Part shown: in pieces, positions 7,621-16,933 of the stretch
Layout: the number at the start of each line of letters is the position of its first letter
Position numbering within the stretch: position 1 is the stretch's first letter
Assembly (NCBI RefSeq): GCF_001704295.1
Contig: NZ_CP012334.1
Coordinates: 716,084-756,083 of the forward strand
Direction: 5' to 3'
DNA: 40,000 nt
From: Bordetella sp. H567
GTDB taxonomy: Bacteria > Pseudomonadota > Gammaproteobacteria > Burkholderiales > Burkholderiaceae_B
Made by a program: the position numbers and the translations under genes
The notes under the pieces: generated by a model
What the model was told of the DNA's origin: nothing
Databases searched by the model: none
What the model saw: the letters and a program-made list of their open reading frames with translations, nothing else

Positions 7621-7897
7621 GTTGAAGGCTCCGTATTTCGATCTCGCGTTGTGAAAGCGCGCCGCGCAGCTGGTCCTGCCCACGCTGCAAATCGCGGGTG
7701 TTCTGATCCGCCACCACCTGTGCGTCGTGGATCTGGCCGAATCGCTTCGATACGGTGGCGGCGTGCTCTTTCAAACCGGCTATCTCGGTATCCTGCGAAG
7801 CGATGGTGCCGTGCTGCGACCACAGCGCCCAGCCCAGCAGCCCGCAGCAAAGATACGGGCCGAGCCGGGCCAGGAATGACATCAGGGCAGCGCTCAT
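7424..7897 (-). CDS. lysB: Inner-membrane spanin (LysB/Rz-like)
   Basis: MSAALMSFLARLGPYLCCGLLGWALW is an N-terminal TM helix, followed by a coiled-coil-like charged region. ATGA overlap with the endolysin stop. Confidence 0.75.
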   Translation of the reverse strand: MSAALMSFLARLGPYLCCGLLGWALWSQHGTIASQDTEIAGLKEHAATVSKRFGQIHDAQVVADQNTRDLQRGQDQLRGALSQREIEIRSLQHATEELQAWADQPLPDAVIRLRQRPAITGSAAYSEYLSHRQPLQPDGQQPPNVGGPEPAAGTGGK

Positions 7898-8706
7898 GCG
7901 GGCTCCTCGGCGGGATGCATGGCTGTGAACCGGTCGAAAGCACGGGCCAATTTCGCGTCGTAGAGGTTGGCCGCATAGTCGGCGCCGTTGTAGCCCTTGG
8001 CGAACGCCGGCCATTTCTGGGCGCGCAGGGCGTTCAGTAACGTGGGATTCGCGTTCAGGAACCGCACGAGGGCCTGAAGCTGTTCGCCTTCGCCCGCCTT
8101 CTGCCGCTCCACGTAGTCGGCAACGCTGCTGTAGCCCATGGCCTGCCAGTGATAGCCCATGATCTGAAACAGGCCCCAACTGGCCGACTCCAGGGCCGCT
8201 GCTTCGTGTATCCGCATGGCGATCGCCAGGCGGCCATACTCGGCCGCGCCGCCGGCGTAGCCGCCGCGCTCTTGGCATAGGACGGTGGCGGGCGCCGTCA
8301 CCGTCGCGGGATCGATGCCCGCCTTCTTCAGGCGGTCCCAGAACACATGCCGCTCGAACAGGATGACCGGCCGTCCGTCAGGCAGGAAGCCCTCCCCGCG
8401 CGATTCAACGTTGTTCACGGCTTTGATGGCCGCGATCGGCACGTCAAGCGCCCGCGCCGCGTCGGCAATATCCTGCTCGGTCAAGAGCCGGCCGGAGGCT
8501 AGGCCGGCAAGGTAGGCGCGGGTCTTCGGGCCGCAGATGCCGTCCTCTACCAGGCCGGCGCGCTGCTGAATGGCACGGACGGCCTGCGCCGTCGCTTCGT
8601 CGTACAGGCCCGTGGCCGGTGCGCGGACGCCTGCCCGGTTGAGTGTTTGCTGCAGGTCCGCCACGGCGCGGCCGGTGGCGCCGAGCGTCAAAAGGTTATC
8701 CATCAA
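7894..8706 (-). CDS. Endolysin: N-terminal peptidoglycan-binding domain plus DUF3380-type N-acetylmuramidase
   Basis: 270 aa. GATGRAVADLQQTLNRAG...GLYDEATAQAVRAIQQRAGLVEDGICGPKT is PG_binding_1-like; VESRGEGFLPDGRPVILFERHVFW is the muramidase family motif. Confidence 0.85.
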   Translation of the reverse strand: MMDNLLTLGATGRAVADLQQTLNRAGVRAPATGLYDEATAQAVRAIQQRAGLVEDGICGPKTRAYLAGLASGRLLTEQDIADAARALDVPIAAIKAVNNVESRGEGFLPDGRPVILFERHVFWDRLKKAGIDPATVTAPATVLCQERGGYAGGAAEYGRLAIAMRIHEAAALESASWGLFQIMGYHWQAMGYSSVADYVERQKAGEGEQLQALVRFLNANPTLLNALRAQKWPAFAKGYNGADYAANLYDAKLARAFDRFTAMHPAEEPA

Positions 8707-8995
8707 TCGGGCTCCGTATAAGGTGTGCCAGGTTGCCGCGTGAGGCCATGGCCGCGCGCCACAGCGCGATTGCGATGATGAGTTCGGGGAGAGAGACCGG
8801 ATCCGCGCGAAGCAGGATGCTCGCTGCGCGGCAGGCCAGAGCCGCCACCACGATCGTCACCGCGGCGGACAGGCCGTGCCGGTGGCGCGACCCGTTCGGG
8901 CGGAAGCACAGCAGGCGCAGCGCCGTCGCCATGTAGACGAGCACCGCAGCCGTGGGGACGGCATGCGACGCGAAGGAAAGCAGGGGATGGATCAC
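8696..8995 (-). CDS. Small phage membrane protein (holin/antiholin candidate)
   Basis: 99 aa with about 3 hydrophobic helices, directly upstream of the endolysin. Confidence 0.55.
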   Translation of the reverse strand: MIHPLLSFASHAVPTAAVLVYMATALRLLCFRPNGSRHRHGLSAAVTIVVAALACRAASILLRADPVSLPELIIAIALWRAAMASRGNLAHLIRSPIDG

Positions 8996-9351
8996 AGCTT
9001 GCCTCCCAGGGAGCGGAAAAACGCCCCGATGTCGAATTGATCGATACGGGCCAGGATGGTGAGCGATATCGGCATGACCATCAGCGCGCCCACGAAGGCC
9101 GCCGTGAAGGACTGGTCGATGATGGTCTTGCTGACGATTTCGGGCGCCATGAAGTACCCGCAGATCGCCGAGATCAGGAACGTCATCGCGCGCGTCCAGC
9201 CCCGGACGTCTTTCTTGGTGCTTGCGACCACCGCGGCGCCCATGAACGCGCCGAACACTGCGGTGGCATCGACATAGGGCAGGATCAGGGCCAGCGACAG
9301 GCCGGCGGACGTATTCAGGACGGTCGCCGTCAGCGTTGAGGGTTCGGCCAT
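8992..9351 (-). CDS. Phage holin-family membrane protein
   Basis: 119 aa with 3-4 hydrophobic helices, located between tail protein X and the lysis genes. Confidence 0.6.
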   Translation of the reverse strand: MAEPSTLTATVLNTSAGLSLALILPYVDATAVFGAFMGAAVVASTKKDVRGWTRAMTFLISAICGYFMAPEIVSKTIIDQSFTAAFVGALMVMPISLTILARIDQFDIGAFFRSLGGKL

Positions 9352-9359
9352 TGGTCAGG

Positions 9360-9563
9360 TCACCAGAGTTTGACGGAGGGAGCCGTCGCGGGTTGGGATT
9401 GGATCTGGGGCAACTCGACCTCGGTGCCTTCGGGCAGCACCGTACCGAGGTCGGCCAGGCCGGGATTCAGTTCGAGGGTCAGTTCCACCATGCCGGCAGT
9501 AATGCCGAAGGTGCGATAGCAGATGGCATCGACGGTGTCGTTCTGGCGCGCGTAGGCGATCAT
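9360..9563 (-). CDS. gpX: Tail protein X (P2 gpX)
   Basis: MIAYARQNDTVDAICYRTFGITAGMVELTLELNPGLADLGTVLPEGTEVELP parallels P2 gpX. TGATG overlap with gpL. Confidence 0.85.
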   Translation of the reverse strand: MIAYARQNDTVDAICYRTFGITAGMVELTLELNPGLADLGTVLPEGTEVELPQIQSQPATAPSVKLW

Positions 9564-10039
9564 CAGATCAACTCCACCGTGCTGCGGGAAGCGCCCACCA
9601 GCTGCCGCGCGGCCCAGCGGCCATTGCGGCGGTGCTCGTCGGGGGAGCATTGCTGCAGCTCGCTACGCTTGATACCGGACGCCGTGGTGTCATAGTCCAC
9701 GTAGCGTTCGATCAGGTCGGCGGTGGCGAACGAATAGATGGCCCGCCGATACAGGTAGACCAGGCGGCTGACGCCGTCGACCTGGGGCGCGCTCACGTCT
9801 TCGAGTTTCGTCTTGCCTTCCGCCGCGCGCGCCGTCGCCCAGGCTTGCACGGGGCCGTCCATGTTCACTTCCAGGATGGCGCCGGCCAGGGCGTGGTGCA
9901 GCCGTTCGTCGGTGACCGTGCCATCCAGCCGCATGGTCTGGCGCGCGGTGGCGAGATCGAAGTCCGGCCACCAACCATCATTCGTGATGGTCGCCGCGCT
10001 GGGTTCGTTCGTCGGAGGGGCGGATGCGAGGAATGGCAT
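9563..10039 (-). CDS. gpL: Head completion/stabilisation protein (P2 gpL)
   Basis: 158 aa, called from synteny between M and X and gpL-like sequence. Confidence 0.8.
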   Translation of the reverse strand: MPFLASAPPTNEPSAATITNDGWWPDFDLATARQTMRLDGTVTDERLHHALAGAILEVNMDGPVQAWATARAAEGKTKLEDVSAPQVDGVSRLVYLYRRAIYSFATADLIERYVDYDTTASGIKRSELQQCSPDEHRRNGRWAARQLVGASRSTVELI

Positions 10040-10125
10040 GGTCGAATAAGACGGCGGTGGGGGGGGCGTCCGGGATCAATCAAGAACCTTCAGCCCCCCG
10101 CCGCCGAGCGTGCGGGGGCACTCGG

Positions 10126-10833
10126 TTAGCCGGGGTTTCCGGCGTGATTCTTCAGGCGACGTTGCAGACCTTCGATTTCCTTCTTGACGCCGATCTTCGG
10201 GAACAGTTGCATGGCACGCTCGAAGGCTTCGAGGGCGCGCTGCGCATACAGCAGGGTCGTTTCCGTCTCGGTGACGCCAGGGCAGCTCAGGGACAGCAGG
10301 GCGGCGCCCATGACCTTGAACAGCTTTGCGCGGGCCTGGTCGGGAGCATCGAATTTCTGGGTGAGGCGATCCGTCGCGTCGGCGATCTCGAAAACGGTCT
10401 TCGGATCCTCAACCTTGCCGATCAGCAGGGCGTCGGCCACCTCGTCGATAAGCGCGGTATGTAGGTCGCGCTTGTATCGTTGTGGCAGCTTGATGCCATG
10501 CGCCAAGAGGTAAGCGCCAATCTCCAGGGCACGAGCGAACCGGCCAGCGTCGATGTTCCAGATGCACAGGGTAGAGAGAACTTCGTCCTGTGCGCCTGAG
10601 CCGCCCAGCAGCACGCCGTCGATGTAATCGTCGTACTCGGGCACCAGCGTGGCCTTGGCCTCGATCTTGCGCTCGGTGGACTGAATGTCCTTGAGCCGGC
10701 GCATGTCGGTGATCAGCTTGGCCAGGAACAGATCGTAGATCGCGCCCGAGGCGACCACCTGGCCGGCCTCGGTTGCGGCGCCGCGCGCCCGGGCCAGCTC
10801 GCGCTCGCGATGACGTTGAGCAGGGCTGACCAT
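10126..10833 (-). CDS. gpM: Terminase endonuclease (small) subunit (P2 gpM)
   Basis: 235 aa, located directly after the capsid gene (1-nt gap). Confidence 0.8.
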   Translation of the reverse strand: MVSPAQRHRERELARARGAATEAGQVVASGAIYDLFLAKLITDMRRLKDIQSTERKIEAKATLVPEYDDYIDGVLLGGSGAQDEVLSTLCIWNIDAGRFARALEIGAYLLAHGIKLPQRYKRDLHTALIDEVADALLIGKVEDPKTVFEIADATDRLTQKFDAPDQARAKLFKVMGAALLSLSCPGVTETETTLLYAQRALEAFERAMQLFPKIGVKKEIEGLQRRLKNHAGNPG

Positions 10834-10834
10834 G

Positions 10835-11851
10835 TTAGGCGCCCGTCACGATTTCGATGTTCTCGGCCAGCGCGACAAAGCCGTAGTCTTCGACCACATA
10901 GTCGTCGTTGGACGATTCGTAGAACTCGACGCGATCGCGTTTCGCCGCGTCTTGGATATGAGTGCGGCGCGCGCCCTCCTGCCAGTACAGCGACAGGTTT
11001 TCGAACGCGGTGAGCAGCACCTTCCCCGGCGGGAAGTACGGCACGCTGAATGCCGGCCGGCCGCCCAGGCGCTTGGTGCTCATGATGACGTCGGCCGCGA
11101 CCTTCTCCGTCGCCTTGTCGCTGGTGTTGACGATCGGGAAGTACTTGTCGTGCAGCAGCCCGCTGCCGACGATGGCAACGAGGCGCGGATCTTCCTGATA
11201 CCAGGGGTCCAGCAGCTGGACCATGTCGAACACCAGCGCGTCCAGGTTGCCGTAGTCGCCGCCCGGGCCGACCTCGATCTTGCCGGAGGCCGCGACCACT
11301 TCCTTCATGACGTGCGCCGGCGCCCGCTCCCGACACTTTTGCAGCCAGCCCTTGTTGACGTCCTGCAGGAGCGGGTTCGCGTCGAGGTCGGTCGTGGCGG
11401 CGATGCTGGTGCCGTTGAAGCCGATCATGATGCGGTCCAGCTGCTGGCGCCGGATACGCGCGTTCGTGATGCGCACCTGGAAGTCCGGGAATTTCGCCCA
11501 GGAGTCCAGCAGCGCGTAGGGGATGTGCGTGTCGAAGTTGGTCTTTTGGCAGTCGTAGCCGTCCGTGTTCAGCGTCGTCAGATCGCGGGTGCTGCGCTCG
11601 GCGCCGCCGGACGTATTCGTGCGGCCGGAGGCGGGGCCGGAAACGCCCAAGCCGATTTTTTCGCCGGCCTTGTCCTGGACGCCGATGACGTTGATGCGCG
11701 TGAGGAAATCGCTGCTTTCCTGGATTCGGGTTTCGAGGGTCTGCTGCACAGACGGAGCGGCGCTGAATTTGACCGACGCGTCGGCGATGCCGTTCAGTTC
11801 GGCTTGGCGGGCCAGGTAGCCCGAAAAGAGGGTGCGGGTAGCGTTACGCAT
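10835..11851 (-). CDS. gpN: Major capsid protein (P2 gpN)
   Basis: 338 aa. MRNATRTLFSGYLARQAELNGI...IQESSDFLTRINVIGVQDKAGEKIGLGV closely parallels P2 gpN. Confidence 0.92.
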   Translation of the reverse strand: MRNATRTLFSGYLARQAELNGIADASVKFSAAPSVQQTLETRIQESSDFLTRINVIGVQDKAGEKIGLGVSGPASGRTNTSGGAERSTRDLTTLNTDGYDCQKTNFDTHIPYALLDSWAKFPDFQVRITNARIRRQQLDRIMIGFNGTSIAATTDLDANPLLQDVNKGWLQKCRERAPAHVMKEVVAASGKIEVGPGGDYGNLDALVFDMVQLLDPWYQEDPRLVAIVGSGLLHDKYFPIVNTSDKATEKVAADVIMSTKRLGGRPAFSVPYFPPGKVLLTAFENLSLYWQEGARRTHIQDAAKRDRVEFYESSNDDYVVEDYGFVALAENIEIVTGA

Positions 11852-11900
11852 GGAAGCGGTAGTCCTGTGTGGTGGCTATGGGCGTGAACTGTCGTTTCGG

Positions 11901-12722
11901 TCAGCAGTCGGCGCGCTGGGACGCGTCGGTGCCAGTGGCCGGTTTCAGCGGCGTAAACGAGCGCGGGGTGTTGTCCAGCTGTTCCTTCAGCTGGTTAAAG
12001 GCTTCGGCCGACACGTACTTGGAGGCGAACGACTCGAAGCGGTCGGCCATTTCCTTGAGCAGCTTGTCCCCCGCGGTGAACTTCGCCGTGACGTGCTCGG
12101 CCAGTTGGGTGACCGCTTCTTCGACCTGCTTGAAATGGTCGGCATCGTTGGCCTTTTCCCGGCTCAGCAGTTCACGCAGGCGCTGGAACAGCTTCGGCGT
12201 TTTATCGTCGGCGGGCGGCTCTTCGTCCGCGAAGTCGAAGACCGTTTCGAGGGCCGACGAGAAGAGGCAATCCGCGTTGCGTTTGCGGCTCGCGTAGGGG
12301 TGCTTGTCGGGGTTCTGCGCGGCGAATGCCAGAATGTCCGTGCCCAGGCTTGCCGGCGTGTCGGTAACGGCCAGGCCGGTCAGGTAGGCTTTGCCGCTCT
12401 TGGCGAAGTTGGGATCCACCTCGATCGAGGTGTAGATCTTCTGCCGCGACTTCGACAGCGCCACCAGTTCGGGCGTGGGGTCGATCTGGACCTGCAGCTG
12501 CAGCTTGCCGTCGGTCTCGATGGTCTGGGCGGCGGTCACGTCGCCATACGCGCGGAAAATGCTGTCGGGAATGAGGCTGATGAGGTGTTCGACCGAGACG
12601 CGCGCGCCGTAGGTCTTCTGGCTGTAGGTTTGGGCGATCTGTTCCAGCCAGGCGCGTTCGATGACGCGCCCGTCAGTGGTTTGGCCTTCGGTGGCAACGG
12701 TGAACCATTTCGGGGTCGGCAT
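11901..12722 (-). CDS. gpO: Capsid scaffolding protein (P2 gpO)
   Basis: MPTPKWFTVATEGQTTDGRVIERAWLEQIAQTY...VEHL...FRAYGDV parallels P2 gpO. The track ORF start at 12758 is a TTG and looks less likely. Confidence 0.85.
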   Translation of the reverse strand: MPTPKWFTVATEGQTTDGRVIERAWLEQIAQTYSQKTYGARVSVEHLISLIPDSIFRAYGDVTAAQTIETDGKLQLQVQIDPTPELVALSKSRQKIYTSIEVDPNFAKSGKAYLTGLAVTDTPASLGTDILAFAAQNPDKHPYASRKRNADCLFSSALETVFDFADEEPPADDKTPKLFQRLRELLSREKANDADHFKQVEEAVTQLAEHVTAKFTAGDKLLKEMADRFESFASKYVSAEAFNQLKEQLDNTPRSFTPLKPATGTDASQRADC

Positions 12723-12790
12723 TGTGGTCTCGCGGGTGGTTGTTCGGGATGTCTGCAAGGAGTGATGACATGGTGGCCCCGCTGCCGCGA

Positions 12791-12823
12791 CTGATCAACG
12801 CGCCCAAAGCGTAGCGTTATCAG
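12791..12823. promoter_or_regulatory. Imperfect dyad in the divergent O/P late-promoter region (candidate late-activator site)
   Basis: CTGATCAACGC-N12-GCGTTATCAG, inverted arms with one extra base, centred about 68 nt upstream of the P start codon. Confidence 0.3.
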
Positions 12824-12874
12824 TCACATACGGCAGTCTCGCGCGCGCGTGAAAAATTCCTTCAGGATGGCGGC

Positions 12875-14629
12875 ATGTTAGAAATTGCCAACGATCTTGA
12901 GCCGCGGCGCGTGGCGCGCACCCTGTATTTCCAGGGCTGGCGCGTGTCATCTATCGCGCGGCATCTGGGTGAGCGGCGTACCACGGTGCAGAGCTGGAAG
13001 GCACGCGACAAGTGGGATGCTGCGTCCGTTGTTGAAAAGGTCGAGACCGCGCTCGAAGGGCGCCTCGTGCAGCTGATCGCCAAGGACAAGAAGGAAGGCG
13101 GCGACTACAAAGAGATCGACCTGCTCACGCGGCAGATCACCCAGATGGCTCGTGTTCGGCGCTATGACGCCGGCGGTAACGAAGCGGACCTGAACCCCAA
13201 CCTCGAACGGCGCAATGCTGGCCCGAAGACCAAGCCGACCAAGAACGCCTATAGCGATGCGCAGAAGGACAAGCTTTTCCAGGCGTTCAAGGCTTCCTTG
13301 TTCGATTACCAGAAAGTCTGGTACCGGAATGGCGATCAACGCACTCGCATGATACTGAAGTCGCGCCAGATCGGTGCGACTTGCTACTTTGCCCGAGAGG
13401 CGTTTATCGACGCCCTGACCACCGGGCGCAACCAAATTTTCATGTCTGCGTCGAAGGCGCAAGCCCATGTTTTCAAGCAGTACATCATCCAGTTCGCGCG
13501 TGAAGAAGCGGACCTTGACCTGAAGGGCGATCCGATCGTCCTGCCGAATGGCGCGACCCTGTATTTCCTAGGCACCAATTACCGCACGGCGCAGAGCTAT
13601 CACGGCAACCTCTATCTGGACGAGGTGTTTTGGATCCCGCGCTTCACCGAGCTGTACAAGGTCGCCAGCGGCATGGCGATGCACAAGCAATGGCGCAAGA
13701 CCTATTTTTCGACGCCGTCGAGCATGGCGCACGAAGCCTACCCGCTTTGGTCGGGTGCCGCGTTCAACAAGCGGCGGGCGAAGAACGATCAGAAGATCAT
13801 CGACGTTTCACACACTGCGCTGGCCGAGGGGCGGCTGTGCAACGACAAGATCTGGCGTCAGATCGTCACCATCCTGGACGCGGAGAAGGGCGGCTGCAAC
13901 CTGTTCGATATCGACGAGCTGCGCGACTTCGAATACAGCCCGGATCAGTTCGATAACTTGCTGATGTGCAACTTCATCGACGACACGGCTTCCGTGTTCC
14001 CGCTGTCGATGTTGCAGGGCTGCATGGTGGACAGCTGGATCGCATGGCGTGATGTGCTGCCGTTGATGACGCGGCCGTTCGGGTTCAACCCGGTATGGAT
14101 CGGCTATGACCCTTCGCACACTGGCGACTCCGCGGGGTGCGTGGTGATGGCGCCACCGGCCACGCCAGGCGGAAAATTTCGCATTCTGGAGCGCCATCAA
14201 TGGCGCGGGCTGACTTTCGCGCAGCAGGCCGAGAAGATCGAACAGTTGACGAAACGGTACACGGTCGCCCACATCGGCATTGACGTTACGGGTATCGGCC
14301 AAGGCGTTTACCAACTGGTCAAGCAGTTTTTTCCTGCCGCGCGGGCAATCACGTATTCCGTCGAGGTGAAGACGCGCCTCGTTATGAAGGCTGTCGAGGT
14401 GATGCGGACCAAGCGCCTGGAATTCGACGCGGGATGGACCGATATCGCGCAGTCCTTCATGGCGATTCGCAAGACGATGACGGCCAGCGGGCGGAGCGTG
14501 ACGTACGCGGCCGGCAGGTCGGAAGAGGTGAGTCATGCGGACCTGGCCTGGGCCTGCATGCACGCAATTGATAACGAGCCCTTGGAAGGCGAAACCCAGA
14601 TGAACCGGAACGTAGTGGAGATTTTTTGA
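12875..14629 (+). CDS. gpP: Terminase large (ATPase) subunit (P2 gpP)
   Basis: 584 aa. N terminus RRVARTLYFQGWRVSSIARHLGERRTTVQSWKARDKWD is gpP-like. Confidence 0.92.
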   Translation: MLEIANDLEPRRVARTLYFQGWRVSSIARHLGERRTTVQSWKARDKWDAASVVEKVETALEGRLVQLIAKDKKEGGDYKEIDLLTRQITQMARVRRYDAGGNEADLNPNLERRNAGPKTKPTKNAYSDAQKDKLFQAFKASLFDYQKVWYRNGDQRTRMILKSRQIGATCYFAREAFIDALTTGRNQIFMSASKAQAHVFKQYIIQFAREEADLDLKGDPIVLPNGATLYFLGTNYRTAQSYHGNLYLDEVFWIPRFTELYKVASGMAMHKQWRKTYFSTPSSMAHEAYPLWSGAAFNKRRAKNDQKIIDVSHTALAEGRLCNDKIWRQIVTILDAEKGGCNLFDIDELRDFEYSPDQFDNLLMCNFIDDTASVFPLSMLQGCMVDSWIAWRDVLPLMTRPFGFNPVWIGYDPSHTGDSAGCVVMAPPATPGGKFRILERHQWRGLTFAQQAEKIEQLTKRYTVAHIGIDVTGIGQGVYQLVKQFFPAARAITYSVEVKTRLVMKAVEVMRTKRLEFDAGWTDIAQSFMAIRKTMTASGRSVTYAAGRSEEVSHADLAWACMHAIDNEPLEGETQMNRNVVEIF

Positions 14630-15687
14630 TGAAAGCTACCCAGCGCGCAGCGAATAAAATGGACGTGCCGCAGGCGCCAGCACATTCGACAAGCGTTCAG
14701 GCATTTTCGTTCGGCGAGCCCGAGCCAGTGCTGAATCGGCGCGAGATCCTGGACTATATCGAATGCTGGAATAACGGCCGATGGTACGAGCCGCCGGTCA
14801 GCTTCGCCGGCCTCGCGAAGTCGTTCCGGGCCAGCACGCACCACAGTTCCGCGATCTACTTTAAGGCCAATATCCTGGCTTCGACGCTCCGGCCGAATCC
14901 CTACTTGAGCCGTCTCACGATGAAGAAGCTGGCCGTCGATTTCCAGATCTTCGGCAATGCTTACCCGGTGCGCTCTCTGAGCATGACCGGCAAGCTTCTT
15001 TCCGTTGAATCGCGGCTCGCCAAGTACGTGCGCCGTGGCTTGGACATGGACACCTATTATTGGGTGCCGGCCTACAGCCAAGAGCAGCAGTTCGCGCCCG
15101 ACGAGATCTTCCAGCTGATCGACCCGGACGTGAATCAGGAGGTCTATGGGCTCCCGGAGTATCTCAGCACGCTCCAGTCGGCCTGGCTGAACGAATCGGC
15201 GACGCTGTTCCGCCGGAAGTACTACAACAACGGCAGCCACGCCGGGTTCATTCTGTACATGAACGATGCGGCCCAGAATCAGGAGGACATCGACAACGTG
15301 CGCGAGGCGATGAAAAACGCGAAGGGGCCGGGCAACTTCCGGAACCTGTTTATCTACTCGCCCAACGGCAAGAAGGACGGCATCCAATTGATCCCGGTCA
15401 GCGAGGTCGCGGCGAAGGATGATTTTTTCAACATCAAGAACGTCACGCGCGACGACATCCTTGCGGCGCATCGCGTTCCGCCACAGCTTATGGGCATTGT
15501 GCCGAGCAACACCGGCGGGTTTGGCGCAATCATTCCCGCGGCTCAGGTGTTCGCCACGAATGAGATCGAACCATTGCAGGCCAGATTCATGGAGATCAAT
15601 GATTGGCTAGGGGTAAAGGCGATCGCCTTCGATCCTTATCGCGTGGACGTTACAGTATCGAGTGGCGAGAAGCCATCGGTCACCTAA
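14626..15687 (+). CDS. gpQ: Portal protein (P2 gpQ)
   Basis: 353 aa. ATGA overlap with P, giving the P-then-Q order of P2. Confidence 0.9.
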   Translation: MMKATQRAANKMDVPQAPAHSTSVQAFSFGEPEPVLNRREILDYIECWNNGRWYEPPVSFAGLAKSFRASTHHSSAIYFKANILASTLRPNPYLSRLTMKKLAVDFQIFGNAYPVRSLSMTGKLLSVESRLAKYVRRGLDMDTYYWVPAYSQEQQFAPDEIFQLIDPDVNQEVYGLPEYLSTLQSAWLNESATLFRRKYYNNGSHAGFILYMNDAAQNQEDIDNVREAMKNAKGPGNFRNLFIYSPNGKKDGIQLIPVSEVAAKDDFFNIKNVTRDDILAAHRVPPQLMGIVPSNTGGFGAIIPAAQVFATNEIEPLQARFMEINDWLGVKAIAFDPYRVDVTVSSGEKPSVT

Positions 15688-16673
15688 ACCCGCGCGGCGC
15701 GTTCACCGGTGACTTTCCGCGCCGGCTTATCTTCCCGCACGCCCTGGAACGATGCCTGCCGCAGAATGCCGCCATCCGTGATGGTGGTGTAGGCCACTTC
15801 CACGACGAGTTCCGGCCGCACCCAGTGCATGGTGGGCTTGGAATTGCCGCCCCACCGATCGGACAGGACCGGCCGCTCCGTGAACGGCATCTCGTCCGTC
15901 GCCAACGGCGCCAAGCGCTTCATGAGCATGTCGATGGTGCCGCCGCTGAAACCCGTGCCGACTCGGCCGGAATAGCGCAGCTTGTCGCCCTCACGCAGCC
16001 CGACGAGCAGGGCGCCGAAGCCCGTGCGCGATCCGCCCGGGTTTGTCCAGCCACCGACGACGAATTCCTGACGCGGCCGGCATTTCAACTTGATCCAGGT
16101 ATCCGTGCGGCCGGCGCGGTACGGCGCGTCCTTGCGCTTGCCTATCAGCCCTTCCAGCTGCCGCCGGCAGGCTTCAGCCAGCAGCTCGGCCGCGTGATCG
16201 CCCGTATCGACGTCGGCCACCACGCTGCGGACGATGGCTGCGTTCTCCGGCACGCCGGCCAGCACCGCCTGCAGGGCCTTGGCACGCTCCGAAAAAGGGT
16301 AGTCGCGTAGGTCCTTCCCGTTCCAGTACGGGACGTCGAACGCGACGAACTGCACCTGCTTCGCTACGCTCTTGTCCATCGCGTTTTGCAGGCGCTGGAA
16401 GCTGCTGATCCCGTATTCATCCATGACGACGATCTCGCCGTCCAGCCAGCCGGTGCCGGTGCCCAGCTCCAGCGCTCGGATGCGCGCGACCAGGTCGGCG
16501 AGCTTCGGCGTCCAGTCCTTTGCCTCGCGGCTGTAGAAGCGCGCGCCCGCGTCGTCGATCCGGCACAGCATCCGATAGCCGTCGAACTTGACCTCGTAGG
16601 CGTAGCCGCCGGAGGGCGGCTCCTTCACCAGCGTGGCCAGTGGCGGCTTGACGAAGTCGGGCAGGGCGGACAT
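15684..16673 (-). CDS. ATP-dependent DNA ligase, stand-alone LigD/LigC-type ligase domain
   Basis: 329 aa. Nucleotidyltransferase motifs EVKFDGYRM (I, KxDGxR), LDGEIVV (III), FVAFDVPY (IIIa), EGLIGKR (IV), WIKLK (V), followed by an OB-fold-length tail. Confidence 0.88.
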   Translation of the reverse strand: MSALPDFVKPPLATLVKEPPSGGYAYEVKFDGYRMLCRIDDAGARFYSREAKDWTPKLADLVARIRALELGTGTGWLDGEIVVMDEYGISSFQRLQNAMDKSVAKQVQFVAFDVPYWNGKDLRDYPFSERAKALQAVLAGVPENAAIVRSVVADVDTGDHAAELLAEACRRQLEGLIGKRKDAPYRAGRTDTWIKLKCRPRQEFVVGGWTNPGGSRTGFGALLVGLREGDKLRYSGRVGTGFSGGTIDMLMKRLAPLATDEMPFTERPVLSDRWGGNSKPTMHWVRPELVVEVAYTTITDGGILRQASFQGVREDKPARKVTGERAARV

Positions 16674-16675
16674 GG

Positions 16676-16855
16676 CTATTTCTTGAGCGCCGCGCGGACC
16701 TTCTCCGCCGAATTACTGCCGGCGTCCTTCACTGCCTGGCGCAGCTGCTCCGGGCTGCAGCCCAGCTCCTTGGTCCAGTACCGGACCTCATGGTCCTGCT
16801 CCAAGCTGATACGGGCACGGTCGCGGGGCCCACGGTCGTTTAGATTGTCCGACAT
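16676..16855 (-). CDS. DUF3606 domain protein
   Basis: 59 aa from MSDNLNDRGPRDRARISLEQDHEVRYWTKELGCSPEQLRQAVKDAG. Strong SD: AGGAGcaaatcATG. Confidence 0.75.
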   Translation of the reverse strand: MSDNLNDRGPRDRARISLEQDHEVRYWTKELGCSPEQLRQAVKDAGSNSAEKVRAALKK

Positions 16856-16933
16856 GATTTGCTCCTGGGTGAATGCGGCAATGCCGCAGAGCAAAGTGCG
16901 TGCCGTCGCGGCCGCGGCGGTTCCCGGCGCGCC

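Larger units (their letters stand above)
1..15687. mobile_element. P2-like prophage, late-gene half (tail fibre/baseplate, lysis, head, packaging); continues past the left window edge
   Basis: Uninterrupted P2-type synteny with overlapping stop/start junctions (ATGA, TGATG). Minus strand carries G,H,I,J,W,V,S,R,lysC/lysB,endolysin,holins,X,L,M,N,O; plus strand carries divergent P,Q. N-terminal sequences of N, O, P, R and X match remembered P2 proteins. Confidence 0.9.

Noticed and set aside
10052-10106. G/C-rich hairpin (CGGCGGTGGGGGG...CCCCCCGCCGCCG) between gpM and gpL as a terminator.
   Set aside because: The stem has a mismatch and a ~27-nt loop, and it is not followed by a convincing U-tract in the direction of transcription. 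It may be a structure within the late transcript, but I cannot support a terminator call.
10832-11887. Long ORFs antisense to well-supported genes. Examples: 10832-11887 + (capsid), 11832-12794 + (scaffold), 14533-15471 - (portal), 15603-16310 + and 16386-17270 + (ligase region), 28369-29547 - (transporter), 33484-34227 + (hemerythrin), 34256-35557 - and 34495-35344 + (lyase).
   Set aside because: This is a high-GC artefact: stop codons are rare in all frames. The translations are low-complexity R/A/G/P-rich, and the opposite strand carries recognisable families.
15687-15760. A P2-type cos site immediately beyond the portal gene.
   Set aside because: This stretch is occupied by the 3' end of the convergent ligase gene, and I could not recognise the remembered P2 cohesive-end sequence. 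The location of cos remains unknown.
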